From a virus (lineage: Duplodnaviria; Caudoviricetes), in the IMG/VR virus record IMGVR_UViG_3300037249_000709, positions 1-64,000 of that record: a stretch of 64,000 nucleotides of DNA, one strand, 5' to 3'. Position numbers and translations under genes: made by a program. Positions 42,478-52,278 of the stretch are shown piece by piece. The notes under the pieces were generated by a model. That model was not told where the DNA came from and ran no database searches. It saw only the letters and a program-made list of their open reading frames with translations. Positions within the stretch are counted from its first letter, which is position 1. Every line of letters starts with the position of its first letter.

Positions 42478-42524
42478 ATTATATCATATTTTCTCAAATT
42501 TGTCAAGTAGTTATTTGGGTGTAT
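42478..42524 (-). promoter_or_regulatory. sigma-A promoter with ACCCAAATAACT box, driving RNA units C-B-A
   Basis: TTGACA-17-TATAAT, -10 box 16 bp upstream of unit C. Confidence 0.85.
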
Positions 42525-42542
42525 TTAAAAAATCAAAAAAAT

Positions 42543-44774
42543 TTATAACATTTCGCCCATATAATAATCAACATCAAACGGAGTGTAGATTTTTACATCT
42601 TTCACTTTCTCAACAACTTCTATCTCTTTGGTTTTTGGATTAACAACCTCAACCTTTTCGGTAACTGGTGTTGTATCAAGTGAAAATATGACATCCGCAT
42701 CTTCTCTCTTAGCAACTATCTCGCCCCTTGCCGCCACATTGAGCTTTACCAAATCATAAAGGTTTGGCTTTCTTAAATGTGTCATAGCATAGCATACAGC
42801 CGTCACGCCTTTAAGATTGCTCTCGATGTTGTTGCCGAAATAATGCGTTCTTGTTTGTGCTATTGGCATTGCAATATCACACCACACAAAACTTCTATCA
42901 ACGCAATCAAACACAACCGGAATACACACCTTACTATCAGAGTTTAAGTCGATATTCATTTCAACTGTTGATGGTTCAAAGATTTCACCTGAGTTCATAT
43001 CTTCTCTTTCCATCCAACCGAACGTCGAATTGGGCATTTGGTTGAAATGCTGCCCTGTGTAGCTATAAACTTGGAAAGCTACATACCTACCGCGTTCTGC
43101 AATTCTGTCAATGTTGATGTCGATAAACTCTGCAACACCTTGTCCATCGGGTGAACCACCATCTGTCCTATCGCCAGAGTGTATAGCAAGTAGGTCAGAT
43201 GAACGCAGCCGAGTATATGAAACGTGTTCAACAAAGTTCCAATGCTCATCATAAATTGCAGCAGACAAATCAAGGTCTACTCTGCCAGACCAGCCGCCAC
43301 ATGGAATGTTTGTCCACCAACAATATGCCCTTACAACATTAGAATTACCCTTGGTGTGTACACGGCTTCCTCTTACAAGATGTTTGCCACTCGTGCTTGC
43401 AGAACGCTGACTAAATGGCACGAGGAAATCCTTGAAGTCGTAGTCGATAAACACCTTGCCAAGATACTCCTTGCTCTTAAATTGACTTATAAGAGCATTG
43501 TTGCAAATTTTGACAATACTATCGCAAACATTTGTGTTAATGGGCGATAAATCATTGCGGATAGAAACAACATTCGAGAGCTTGCCTTTTGGGAAAAAGA
43601 CACGGTAATTATCTTCTTTGTATCTATCTGCGAAGTGCTGCCTAACTTGGAGCAAAACAGGAGTGGAAACTTCTTTCGCTACATTAGCAAAGCAATTTAC
43701 GATATAATTTTTATCCTTGTTATTAGCTTCTCTCAATAACTTATCCAACTGCCTTGCAAAGTCGCCTGGTCTTGACTTCAACATTTCCGCCGCACCCAAC
43801 ATATCCTTATTCCTAATTGCTTGCTGAACAAGTCCGGGTACGAATAGCGGCTTCTTATCATTGCGGATTTTCTGGAAAGCCTCGACAACGCTTTTATACT
43901 TTAACTGCTTGTATTCAGATGGGTGTACAATTTCCCCTACACGAATCCATTCGTATTGGTATCTATACATATCCTCTAAGATATTACCGCAGCCAGCAAG
44001 CAAGTCCATTATCATACGGCGCTCGTATCTCCGCAAGCTCCTATAATGTGTCTTTTCAGCAAGAGAAATGTCTCCATCAGACAAACAGGTGATTAGTCGC
44101 AAAACATCTGTTGCAGTCTTATAATACCTCTGTATCTTGTCTGCTTTCTTAAATGCCGCATTATCCAAAATCAGCTTACCGAGCAAAGCAACATTTTCTT
44201 TAAGAGGAATTTCTTCCGGCAGGACTTCGTAAAAGTTGTAATGTGTACTAATAAATTCCGACACATCCGCCTTGTCCTGCTCACTCAAACTCGTCTTGCT
44301 ACCCAAAAGATTCTTGAATATCTCAACTAAATCCTCATAAGTGCCGAGCGAGAGAACTTTCAGCTTAACATCGTCTATTAGCGGAAATCTTTCTTTTACC
44401 TCATAGCTCGGAACGATTTTGCCGTAACTCCAATAATGAACCATTGCATTGAAAAATAGCTCAAATTCACTTGCTTCGATTACCTGCTGCGGAAAATTCG
44501 GATAGAAAGGTTTATATACCTTGTCAGCTCCCACGAGCTTCTTTAGCTTATTAACAAGGTCAAAATAAAACTCCCTCCTATCATCATCGTCCAAAACCGT
44601 AACTGCATCAAACAGGCTTCTATCGAATGTAAAACCATATGCTTGAATATTTTTCATTATGGTTGCTGTCTGCCTACGGTCGTCATCCGTGCAAAATGGC
44701 AATGGAGCAATCGAGCTTGAAAGCTTTACTTTATTTCTTCGTCTTAGTAACACTTCGTTAATTTCGTTGTACAT
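42543..44774 (-). CDS. large helical protein with C-terminal TerD-like domain
   Basis: PFYPNFP.QV, TATDVLR, RPGDFARQLD; TerD-like VDLDLSA, HSGDRTDG, AEFIDI; AAGGAG favours ATG at 44774. Confidence 0.7.
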   Translation of the reverse strand: MYNEINEVLLRRRNKVKLSSSIAPLPFCTDDDRRQTATIMKNIQAYGFTFDRSLFDAVTVLDDDDRREFYFDLVNKLKKLVGADKVYKPFYPNFPQQVIEASEFELFFNAMVHYWSYGKIVPSYEVKERFPLIDDVKLKVLSLGTYEDLVEIFKNLLGSKTSLSEQDKADVSEFISTHYNFYEVLPEEIPLKENVALLGKLILDNAAFKKADKIQRYYKTATDVLRLITCLSDGDISLAEKTHYRSLRRYERRMIMDLLAGCGNILEDMYRYQYEWIRVGEIVHPSEYKQLKYKSVVEAFQKIRNDKKPLFVPGLVQQAIRNKDMLGAAEMLKSRPGDFARQLDKLLREANNKDKNYIVNCFANVAKEVSTPVLLQVRQHFADRYKEDNYRVFFPKGKLSNVVSIRNDLSPINTNVCDSIVKICNNALISQFKSKEYLGKVFIDYDFKDFLVPFSQRSASTSGKHLVRGSRVHTKGNSNVVRAYCWWTNIPCGGWSGRVDLDLSAAIYDEHWNFVEHVSYTRLRSSDLLAIHSGDRTDGGSPDGQGVAEFIDINIDRIAERGRYVAFQVYSYTGQHFNQMPNSTFGWMEREDMNSGEIFEPSTVEMNIDLNSDSKVCIPVVFDCVDRSFVWCDIAMPIAQTRTHYFGNNIESNLKGVTAVCYAMTHLRKPNLYDLVKLNVAARGEIVAKREDADVIFSLDTTPVTEKVEVVNPKTKEIEVVEKVKDVKIYTPFDVDYYMGEML

Positions 44775-44823
44775 ATCATATCTCTCCTTTGGTAATTTGA
44801 AAATCATTTTTTTCTTTTAGCCT

Positions 44824-44888
44824 AATCGGAAATTGCGGTTTCATAAAGTTTACCCCATCTTTAGAAGGAAGAAACCGCATAGCCGATT
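44824..44888 (-). ncRNA. structured repeat RNA unit D
   Basis: AAUCGG-CUA-UGCGGUUUC-UUCCUUCUA-loop-GAAACCGCA-AUUU-CCGAUU. Confidence 0.8.
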
Positions 44889-44899
44889 TTTGAGATTAA

Positions 44900-44979
44900 G
44901 CAAGGAAATTTTAACAACTAAATTATAAATTTCAAGTCTATATCTTCACAAATAGAAGGAAGTTGTTAGATAGCCTTGC
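44900..44979 (-). ncRNA. structured repeat RNA unit E
   Basis: GCAAGG-CUA-UCUAACAAC-UUCCUUCUA-loop-GUUGUUAAA-AUUU-CCUUGC. Confidence 0.8.
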
Positions 44980-44982
44980 AAG

Positions 44983-45055
44983 TGCGCCAGATGGGACTCG
45001 AACCCATGCTACCACGATTAAAAGTCGTGTGCTTTACCATCTAAGCTACTGGCGC
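44983..45055 (-). tRNA. tRNA-Lys(TTT)
   Basis: loop CTTTTAA. Confidence 0.9.
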
Positions 45056-45172
45056 AAATTTGCAACAACCGCCATTGATTAGTAGCGATGGGTAGTTTTA
45101 ATTCTTCCCAAGAATACAAGCAGTTTATATACCGTCAGACTGTTAGCGGTAATCTTTGTTGTTGCGTTTTAC

Positions 45173-45247
45173 TGGTACTGAGTAATGGAGTCGAACCAAT
45201 GTCGGTCGCTTATAAGGCAACTGCTCTTACCGTTGAGCTAACCCAGC
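45173..45247 (-). tRNA. tRNA-Ile(TAT)
   Basis: loop CTTATAA, CCA. Confidence 0.85.
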
Positions 45248-45262
45248 GTTTATATTTAAAAG

Positions 45263-45350
45263 CGGAGGGAGCGGGACTCGAACCCACACACCGTTGCCGG
45301 CTACTCACAGTTTAGCAAACTGCTCCCTTACCAATTAGGGTTATCCCTCC
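45263..45350 (-). tRNA. tRNA-Ser(GCT)
   Basis: loop TTGCTAA, long V arm. Confidence 0.9.
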
Positions 45351-45353
45351 ATT

Positions 45354-45443
45354 TGGCTGGGCGGGTGAGAATCGAACTCACGAGCGACCTTGTGGGTCTT
45401 GCAGGGGTCAAAGTCCTGTGCCTTACCGCTTGGCGACCGCCCA
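45354..45443 (-). tRNA. tRNA-Gln(TTG) with long variable arm
   Basis: U1-A72, loop CTTTGAC, ~20-nt V region, CCA. Confidence 0.8.
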
Positions 45444-45655
45444 ATATTTAACGCATAGATATTATTGCATAGTGCATTTAGCTTACCGCGCCGAGATTCG
45501 CTGCCTGTCAAGTTGCGCATACTTGACTGCCACTAAATGCACTACGGGTTGTTTCTTGGGCGAGATGACAACCAACTCGTTTCATTGAATAAATCCGCTA
45601 ATGTATTTCATTTGTACCTCCTCTTTCTTTTATCTCTCTCGGTTTCTACTCTTAT

Positions 45656-45700
45656 ATTATATCATATTTTCTCAAATTTGTCAAGTAGTTATTTGGGTTT
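45656..45700 (-). promoter_or_regulatory. sigma-A promoter with ACCCAAATAACT box (tRNA cluster)
   Basis: TTGACA-17-TATAAT. Confidence 0.85.
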
Positions 45701-45712
45701 ATTTTTAGAAGT

Positions 45713-46492
45713 TTAATTTTCTTCTATATAAATAAGATTGTCAATATATTTACGCCCTTCCCCTTGAAAAATTGGTATCTCGTCATCTATGCTCCAATGG
45801 GGGCGACTACCATCTTCCTCTACTTTCTTTACACAACAGCTTCCCCTTTTATATTTTGTTGCATAACTCTCCCAATCAACGCCGATTGCTGATAGCATTT
45901 CTTTTACTTCTTTGCACGACTTGTTCTGCATATCTCTATGTGAGAAATATACATTACCCACCATATTGATAGAATTTCTCTCTGCATCCTTTTGTCGCCA
46001 CAAAATAACATTGCAGACTTCTTCTTTGGGAACATTGAACACACGGGCATCAAACATTCCGCCACGCTCCCACGCTCTCTGATACGCCAATGTTAGCACG
46101 GGAGATGTGATTTCAAGCTGGTCAAGATTTTTGCGATAAAATTTGTTAAACGCCATTGTAGCCATACTTGCCGCCACACTTGCACACTTCTGGATATTAT
46201 AATCAAACCATCCACAAGTATTTAGTTTGTTATAATCCACAAGCACAAGTGTGATTTCATCAGATTGCGTATAGCCCAACACAACACCCTGTATGTTCTC
46301 GCAAAGATACTTCATTGTGTCCTGCATAGTATCGGACATCAGCTTGTCGAATGGCTTTACAAAACCTCTTGTGAAAGTGTGGAACGCTTTTCCGTCAAGT
46401 CGGATAATAACTGGCGTTCTTTGCGTAAGATAGTTTCGCGTAACTTTTTCGTAACGTTTCATTCTGTCTCCGAACTCATCTTTTCTACACAT
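45713..46492 (-). CDS. tRNA(His) guanylyltransferase / Thg1-like 3'-5' polymerase
   Basis: RLDGKAFHTFT, YTQSDEI, FDAR, WRQ.DAERNSI. Confidence 0.95.
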   Translation of the reverse strand: MCRKDEFGDRMKRYEKVTRNYLTQRTPVIIRLDGKAFHTFTRGFVKPFDKLMSDTMQDTMKYLCENIQGVVLGYTQSDEITLVLVDYNKLNTCGWFDYNIQKCASVAASMATMAFNKFYRKNLDQLEITSPVLTLAYQRAWERGGMFDARVFNVPKEEVCNVILWRQKDAERNSINMVGNVYFSHRDMQNKSCKEVKEMLSAIGVDWESYATKYKRGSCCVKKVEEDGSRPHWSIDDEIPIFQGEGRKYIDNLIYIEEN

Positions 46493-46504
46493 TGCTTTCT
46501 CTCC

Positions 46505-47161
46505 TTATTCAAATAAATGTGTTAATTTTCTCGGCTGATATTTCCTTGCATTTAAGCTACCGATTGTCGTTTTTACTTTGTCAATCATCGAAGAATCAAC
46601 GGTACATTCACTAAACTGACTTAATACAAAAAGCTCATCCTTTATCTTTCTTCTTTGTCGTAGTCTGTTCCTTAACATATTAAATGCAAGCCAACCTTGA
46701 TAAGCGTTGAATTTTCCAAACTCTATGTAATGATGAATGTCTGTTATTTCCAAATCAATATCGCTTAAATCTCTATTGAGCTGTTGCTTTCTTTCTTCTG
46801 TACTTACCACAAATTCCGAAAATTCGCTCAATTTTTCAGCAAATATATCGAGTTTAGTTTCGGTTATTTCGCTATCGGCAATTTCTTTTGTGGCTTCTTC
46901 TTTGGGCTTGACAAAATATTCTTCTTCTGCGGTACGAGCCTGCTCCACAAATACCTCATCTGCAACCTCGACAACGCGATAACGACCTCTTAAATTTTTC
47001 GCAATACAATTCTGTAATATATTTGTTGCTTTATTGCGCTGTTCCCATACTTCTCCTAATTCTTTTCTTTTTACAGGAACATAATTTCCATTATTATCTT
47101 TGCGAAGATATGTTCCATTTTTTGCTTGTATCATAAACTTAGACATCTCAATCACCTCCAA
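46505..47161 (-). CDS. hypothetical coiled-coil protein
   Basis: DIHHYIE..RRKIKDE..Y.PR pattern. Confidence 0.55.
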   Translation of the reverse strand: MEVIEMSKFMIQAKNGTYLRKDNNGNYVPVKRKELGEVWEQRNKATNILQNCIAKNLRGRYRVVEVADEVFVEQARTAEEEYFVKPKEEATKEIADSEITETKLDIFAEKLSEFSEFVVSTEERKQQLNRDLSDIDLEITDIHHYIEFGKFNAYQGWLAFNMLRNRLRQRRKIKDELFVLSQFSECTVDSSMIDKVKTTIGSLNARKYQPRKLTHLFE

Positions 47162-47221
47162 TTAATTACTTGCGTTGTTTCTTGTGGCTTAATCAAAGGC
47201 TGCCGAAGCAGCCAATGATAT

Positions 47222-48211
47222 TTAACCGAATATGGTCAGTGCGTCTTTCAATACCGACATACGCTTCTCTATTACTCCGTATTCTTTGGCGTATTTTGCA
47301 AGCTCCATATTATCCTCTTGATTCTTTTTAGATGTAATGATTTCTTGCACCCTTTCGTTACCTAATTGCTCAACAAGAAAATCATAAAAACCAAGTAAAT
47401 AAATGTTTCTTTGGCTGATATTACTAATCTGCTTGTATCGAATAACATCTAACATTTTGTGGCTTAACGCCCTTGCGAAATCAGCTTTATCTCTTGAATC
47501 AACATCATGCTCTCTTGACGCTCTAATGATGAGCTTAAAATAACCGCCTTTATACGGCTTTGCAACCATCATTCCTTTTGGCGTGTCTATCACACCTAAA
47601 TTATGCACCCATTTCAATAAATCCAGCGTTTTATCTTGTAACTTAACAACTTTGTGAGGAAAATGAACTTCTTTGTTGTCAAAATCTATATCGCTTTCTT
47701 GAAGCTCTACAATCTCTTTTGTGGTAGCAAAGCCATCATATATTAGCATTATTAAACATTCTGCATATTTTGCTGTGTGTTCTCCAATGGTTGCATCATT
47801 GTATATTTTGCGTATAATATCTTCGATAGTGGCGTAGGTAATTGTTTCTTGCTTCTGAGGAAGTTGCTTCATTATGCCATCAATCAGCGCACTACCCCTC
47901 ATTCGTTTGTCGTTCCACGGGTTTTTTATGACTTCCACATTATCAATGTAATAATTCCATAATGCGCGGTAAACAGTAGATATTAGCATATAGGTTTGTT
48001 TCGTAAGTAATTCGCCCGTTCTTATACTTCTAAATGTTACGAGCAGACCAAACAGTTCATCAACATCCATATCAAAAATTGATTTCCCTAATGTTTTTTC
48101 GTATTCGTAAAGCTCTGCCCTATCTACCTGCGCTCGTCCTCTTTCTTCTGTTGACTTAGGTATTGTTTCGTAATACCTATTAAAAACCTCTTTTGTTTCC
48201 ATTTTTGCCAT
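47222..48211 (-). CDS. catalytically degenerate tyrosine-recombinase-fold protein (MrpR/YopR-like repressor candidate)
   Basis: LIYDGF..KEIVEL...DID integrase-like segment without R, HxxR or Y; own promoter with partial box. Confidence 0.55.
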   Translation of the reverse strand: MAKMETKEVFNRYYETIPKSTEERGRAQVDRAELYEYEKTLGKSIFDMDVDELFGLLVTFRSIRTGELLTKQTYMLISTVYRALWNYYIDNVEVIKNPWNDKRMRGSALIDGIMKQLPQKQETITYATIEDIIRKIYNDATIGEHTAKYAECLIMLIYDGFATTKEIVELQESDIDFDNKEVHFPHKVVKLQDKTLDLLKWVHNLGVIDTPKGMMVAKPYKGGYFKLIIRASREHDVDSRDKADFARALSHKMLDVIRYKQISNISQRNIYLLGFYDFLVEQLGNERVQEIITSKKNQEDNMELAKYAKEYGVIEKRMSVLKDALTIFG

Positions 48212-48287
48212 ATAGAATACCTCCATTCTATCTAAGACTAAGAATAACACAAATTAAAAATTTTGTCAAGTAATTATTTGTATAAAC

Positions 48288-48689
48288 TTAACCACAAATT
48301 TCCGCTCTTACTCTTTGAAGAATAGGGAATTGTATAAGCATAGCTTTCCATATAGCATTTAGCAATTCCTCGTTTTCAATAACTCCAATACACTTTTCGA
48401 GACTTTCAATCGGAATCGTTGTAATTTGTTCAATCAGCAATGTACTGGGCTGCCTTAATCCGTACTGCCCATAATCCCATAGCTCAACGTGAATAGGCAA
48501 ATTCCTTTTGTTCATCTTTGTAGTTAGTGGAATTACATTAAGAGTGGGCGCGTATGTATTATTCTTGTCGTTAGATAGAATGAATACAGGTCTATATCCT
48601 GTCTGTACGCTACTGCTTTTAATGGTTATCTGACACATCCAAATTTCGCCACATTTAGGGTTCTTTCCATAGTTGGCTTTAATACACAT
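48288..48689 (-). CDS. PemK/MazF-family endoribonuclease
   Basis: GEIW, Q.GYRPVFILSND, PLTT, LIEQITTI. Confidence 0.85.
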   Translation of the reverse strand: MCIKANYGKNPKCGEIWMCQITIKSSSVQTGYRPVFILSNDKNNTYAPTLNVIPLTTKMNKRNLPIHVELWDYGQYGLRQPSTLLIEQITTIPIESLEKCIGVIENEELLNAIWKAMLIQFPILQRVRAEICG

Positions 48690-48928
48690 ACTTTACCCTC
48701 CGTTCCTTTTTTAATATGTAACGGAATTTGCACTTTTGGGGAGAAAAGCAGTGCTTGAATGTGCCTATTGTTTTACCTTCTCTTTCGCATATTTAGCATT
48801 GGAATATCTCTCGCTTTTTTTGCACAAAAATACCGTTACCCGATTTCTTGCACATATTAAGATTTAATACCCCAAAACTATAATTATTCTTCACCATCGG
48901 AAGCACCTCTTGTCTTTGTTATCTTGTA

Positions 48929-49891
48929 TTATTTTTGTACATTCTCGACCATTTCCATTAAGGCATTAAATGCGTCGAGATGAACAGTCACACTATCTGT
49001 TTTTGCATTTTCTCGCCCTAATTCGTATGCAGATTGGATTATACTTCTTAAATCATTAACATCAATCGACACGACCGGACTTATTGCTACCTCTTTGTAC
49101 TCTTTTCTGCCTGTTACATAATCATCGAAGAATGTTCCCATATCCTCATAATAAGCATCTGTCTGCTTTTTCGTCAAACCAATATAATGATTAGTTGTCT
49201 TTGCATCACTATGATTATAAATGACTTGTAGCAACTGCATACTATTATGGTCATTCGGGTGCAGCATTCGACTTATCATTCCAAAAGTCTTTCGAGGACT
49301 GTGTGTGCCAACATTATATGTGATGCCCACTTCTCGTGCTGCTTTTTTTAGAGATTTCAAATACCCGCTATCTGAAAGCACAGACCCTTTGAAATTTCCT
49401 GCAAGCTGAATAAACACAAAGTTTTCATATCCATTTTCTTCCGGTCGGCAACCCGTCATCTTAATATATTTCTTGATTGCGTTTCGGCAAGCACTATTGA
49501 TATGCGGATTTGCCAACTTGTCCGTTTTATCCTCTTGGATTTCGAGAATATCATCTCTAAATAGCCCTGTTTGTGGATTGTAAAAGTTAATCCAACGGAG
49601 CGATAGCATATCGCCGACACGTCTTGCGAGATTACAGGAGAGAATAAACACAAGGTACTGCGTCCACATATTCTTGCTTTCAAAATAAGCAATAATCTTT
49701 TTAATATCTTCTATTTCAAAAGCATAGACTTCTGATTTCTGCCCCTTTTTCTTGTTTCCGCTGCAAATGATTTTTCTTGTACCATCTTTTTTGAGTTTTG
49801 GTTGTGGTTGGTCTAAATCATTCGATGCCGGCAAGAGTCTTATTATGTTGTCCTCGCTAACATCAAATCTAACTGCTACCGAATTTGTCAT
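48929..49891 (-). CDS. tyrosine recombinase, catalytically intact
   Basis: RVGD (R), EDKT (K), HSPRKT (HxxR), NHS (H), HYIG (Y). Confidence 0.9.
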   Translation of the reverse strand: MTNSVAVRFDVSEDNIIRLLPASNDLDQPQPKLKKDGTRKIICSGNKKKGQKSEVYAFEIEDIKKIIAYFESKNMWTQYLVFILSCNLARRVGDMLSLRWINFYNPQTGLFRDDILEIQEDKTDKLANPHINSACRNAIKKYIKMTGCRPEENGYENFVFIQLAGNFKGSVLSDSGYLKSLKKAAREVGITYNVGTHSPRKTFGMISRMLHPNDHNSMQLLQVIYNHSDAKTTNHYIGLTKKQTDAYYEDMGTFFDDYVTGRKEYKEVAISPVVSIDVNDLRSIIQSAYELGRENAKTDSVTVHLDAFNALMEMVENVQK

Positions 49892-49930
49892 AACTCTCCC
49901 CCTCCCTCACAAGCGTTGAACTTTATTATT

Positions 49931-49975
49931 ATTATAGCACCACTTCATAAATTTGTCAAGTGGTTATTTGGGTTT
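49931..49975 (-). promoter_or_regulatory. sigma-A promoter with ACCCAAATAAC box (recombinase)
   Basis: TTGACA-17-TATAAT. Confidence 0.8.
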
Positions 49976-50308
49976 ATTTATAGAATTACAAAATTGTTTC
50001 TTCTATTTTCATTACGCCCCACGGTTCTGATTTGTTTATGCTATATTCTTTCATACCGCAAAAATGCGAATAGCAATCGTTATATATACAGCCTTTTTGA
50101 TAGCCATTAAGTGAGTCAATATTTATTGGCGTTCCGTCTTTGTTTGTCATAATGTATTTGTCCGGAAACATCCCTTCGCCGATAAAAGTTAAGATAGCTA
50201 CAAAACCATTATCAATACTTTCAATTATTTCTTCCGGCACGGAATACTTTTCCCGCAAATACTCAATATCGTCAATGTGGTATGTCACTTTACGCATTCG
50301 TATTCACC

Positions 50309-52180
50309 TCAATCAAAAATTGGCTTATATGTGTTAATTATCGGTCGATGTCCCTGCTTCTTATAGTGTAAAATAGCCACATCATACTGTCCTCTGTCAA
50401 ACGAACCGAACAATGTCATTTTTGTTGTAACGAGAAAGCCATCGCTTTCTTTATGCTCGATTTTATAGAACAATTCTTCGGGCAACTCTTCCAACCATCC
50501 GTTGTATATCAGTACCTCGCTATACAACATCATAGTTCTTTCCTTTCTCGAATTACGCGGTTTAAAAAACAGTTTAACAATGTTATCATACTGTGCATAT
50601 TTGCCTATTGTATAGCCGCAGAAAAGACCACACTGAACGCTGATGCCGCCAAACTCACTAATTTTTACAATCGTGATTTTTTGGTTAGGTAGAAGTCCAC
50701 ATCTTTCAATCTGCGTCTGTGCGCTCTCCGGCTCATTGAGTAACCTATACATAGCCGTTTTTAGCTCGCCTTCGGGCAACATTCTAACTGAATTGATGCT
50801 AAACGGAATTTCATTTTCCCTAATGTATTTGGTCATAGCTGTTTTATAACGGTCGAACTGCAAACTCGACCATGTGATGTCGATTTTTTCTCTTTCGATT
50901 ACTTCCTTACTTGCAAATTCAAGAGCATCTGCTTCTATTTTATATTCCTCTGCTTCCGCTTTGCTTATAGCCTGCGTTGTTTCAAGCTCGTTTCCGTTTC
51001 TTGTTTTCTCATCTACAAAATACACATATCTTGCATATGAATAACCTTCGGGGTCAATTATGATTGTGAGTTTGCCATTTACATAAATGGCTACTGCATT
51101 GTCGATGTACCACTCAACAGTCTTTCTTTCAAGCTCCGACATTCTGCGATAATCTTCCATAGCATTTATGCGGAAGTCATCAGTTGCCGTTCCGCCCTTT
51201 CCGTCAAGAAAGTCATAATCATCAAGTAACTGATTCTTGAAAAGCTCATAAGTTTCAGCACTCATATAGACCTCTCTTGTTACTCGGCAATTCTGGCGAC
51301 GATGTTCAACAGGAAGGTCGCCATCACAATCGTCAAAATAACCATCGGCGGTATCTTCTTTGCTCGCGTTGGTTGAGTCGCAGTCAAGAACATAATAAGG
51401 GGTAACATCTTTTACTTTTACACCTGCCATAATCTTTTCGTGGTTAGATTTTCTTATTACCTGCTGTCTTTTATATTCTTCTTCCTTTTCACGCTGAGTT
51501 TCAAGGTATTCCTGGTACTCTCTTTCCTTTCTTTCGATTTCTGCCTTGTCAAAAGCTGCTTTTTTCTCGGCAAAATCCTGCTCTGCGTTTTCTTCGCCAA
51601 CAGTTGCTTCGCGCTGCTCGTAATCGTAGCGACTAACAATGTTCTGCTCATAAACGCCGTAGAAATTTACATCATAGTAATCGGAGTACGAGTCGCTATT
51701 GTCATAATTATAGCTCTGAGCATACTTGTAAGCATAATGCACTATTGCTTTAAGAATGTCGCTATCAATAGCATAAGGGCTAACCAATAGATTAACATCA
51801 ATACTATTGTAGTCACTTCTTACGCTCCACTTGCACATTGGAAAGCGGCTTCTTAAATGCTTGCGAATAATTGCAGCTATCTCTTTTGTGTCTGTAATAT
51901 GCAGCGTTTCGTAGTGATTTTCAATATCGTCAACTCTCGTAAGTTCCCAAAGGTCAACAATCTCGGTTTTCTTTGCCGGTATTTTGTCCGAAATACTAAC
52001 TTCTCCAAAACCCTTAACAATTTCAAACCTTTCATCGGTATGCTTTGCATACCACATTTTCTGCTTACCACTCCATCGGAAACCATTGGCTTTCAATGTT
52101 TCGAGTACACTACTATCGGGCTTTATTGCAAATCTTACTTCGATGCCGTTTTTCTCTTTGTTCATTGTAATAATTGTCAT
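50309..52180 (-). CDS. polyvalent-protein-domain (LPD29-like) protein
   Basis: LKANGFRWS..KMWYA; YNYDNSDSYSDYYDVNFY. Confidence 0.6.
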   Translation of the reverse strand: MTIITMNKEKNGIEVRFAIKPDSSVLETLKANGFRWSGKQKMWYAKHTDERFEIVKGFGEVSISDKIPAKKTEIVDLWELTRVDDIENHYETLHITDTKEIAAIIRKHLRSRFPMCKWSVRSDYNSIDVNLLVSPYAIDSDILKAIVHYAYKYAQSYNYDNSDSYSDYYDVNFYGVYEQNIVSRYDYEQREATVGEENAEQDFAEKKAAFDKAEIERKEREYQEYLETQREKEEEYKRQQVIRKSNHEKIMAGVKVKDVTPYYVLDCDSTNASKEDTADGYFDDCDGDLPVEHRRQNCRVTREVYMSAETYELFKNQLLDDYDFLDGKGGTATDDFRINAMEDYRRMSELERKTVEWYIDNAVAIYVNGKLTIIIDPEGYSYARYVYFVDEKTRNGNELETTQAISKAEAEEYKIEADALEFASKEVIEREKIDITWSSLQFDRYKTAMTKYIRENEIPFSINSVRMLPEGELKTAMYRLLNEPESAQTQIERCGLLPNQKITIVKISEFGGISVQCGLFCGYTIGKYAQYDNIVKLFFKPRNSRKERTMMLYSEVLIYNGWLEELPEELFYKIEHKESDGFLVTTKMTLFGSFDRGQYDVAILHYKKQGHRPIINTYKPIFD

Positions 52181-52231
52181 AATGACACATCCTTTCTTTG
52201 CTTTCGTTTGTTGTGTTTATCTTGTATTAGT

Positions 52232-52278
52232 ATTATACCATAACTTTACACTTTTGTCAAGTAATTATTTGGGTGTAT
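52232..52278 (-). promoter_or_regulatory. sigma-A promoter with ACCCAAATAA box
   Basis: TTGACA-17-TATAAT. Confidence 0.8.

Noticed and set aside
42171-44979. CRISPR array
   Set aside because: Repeats conserve structure rather than sequence, stems enclose the variable part, and there are no cas genes
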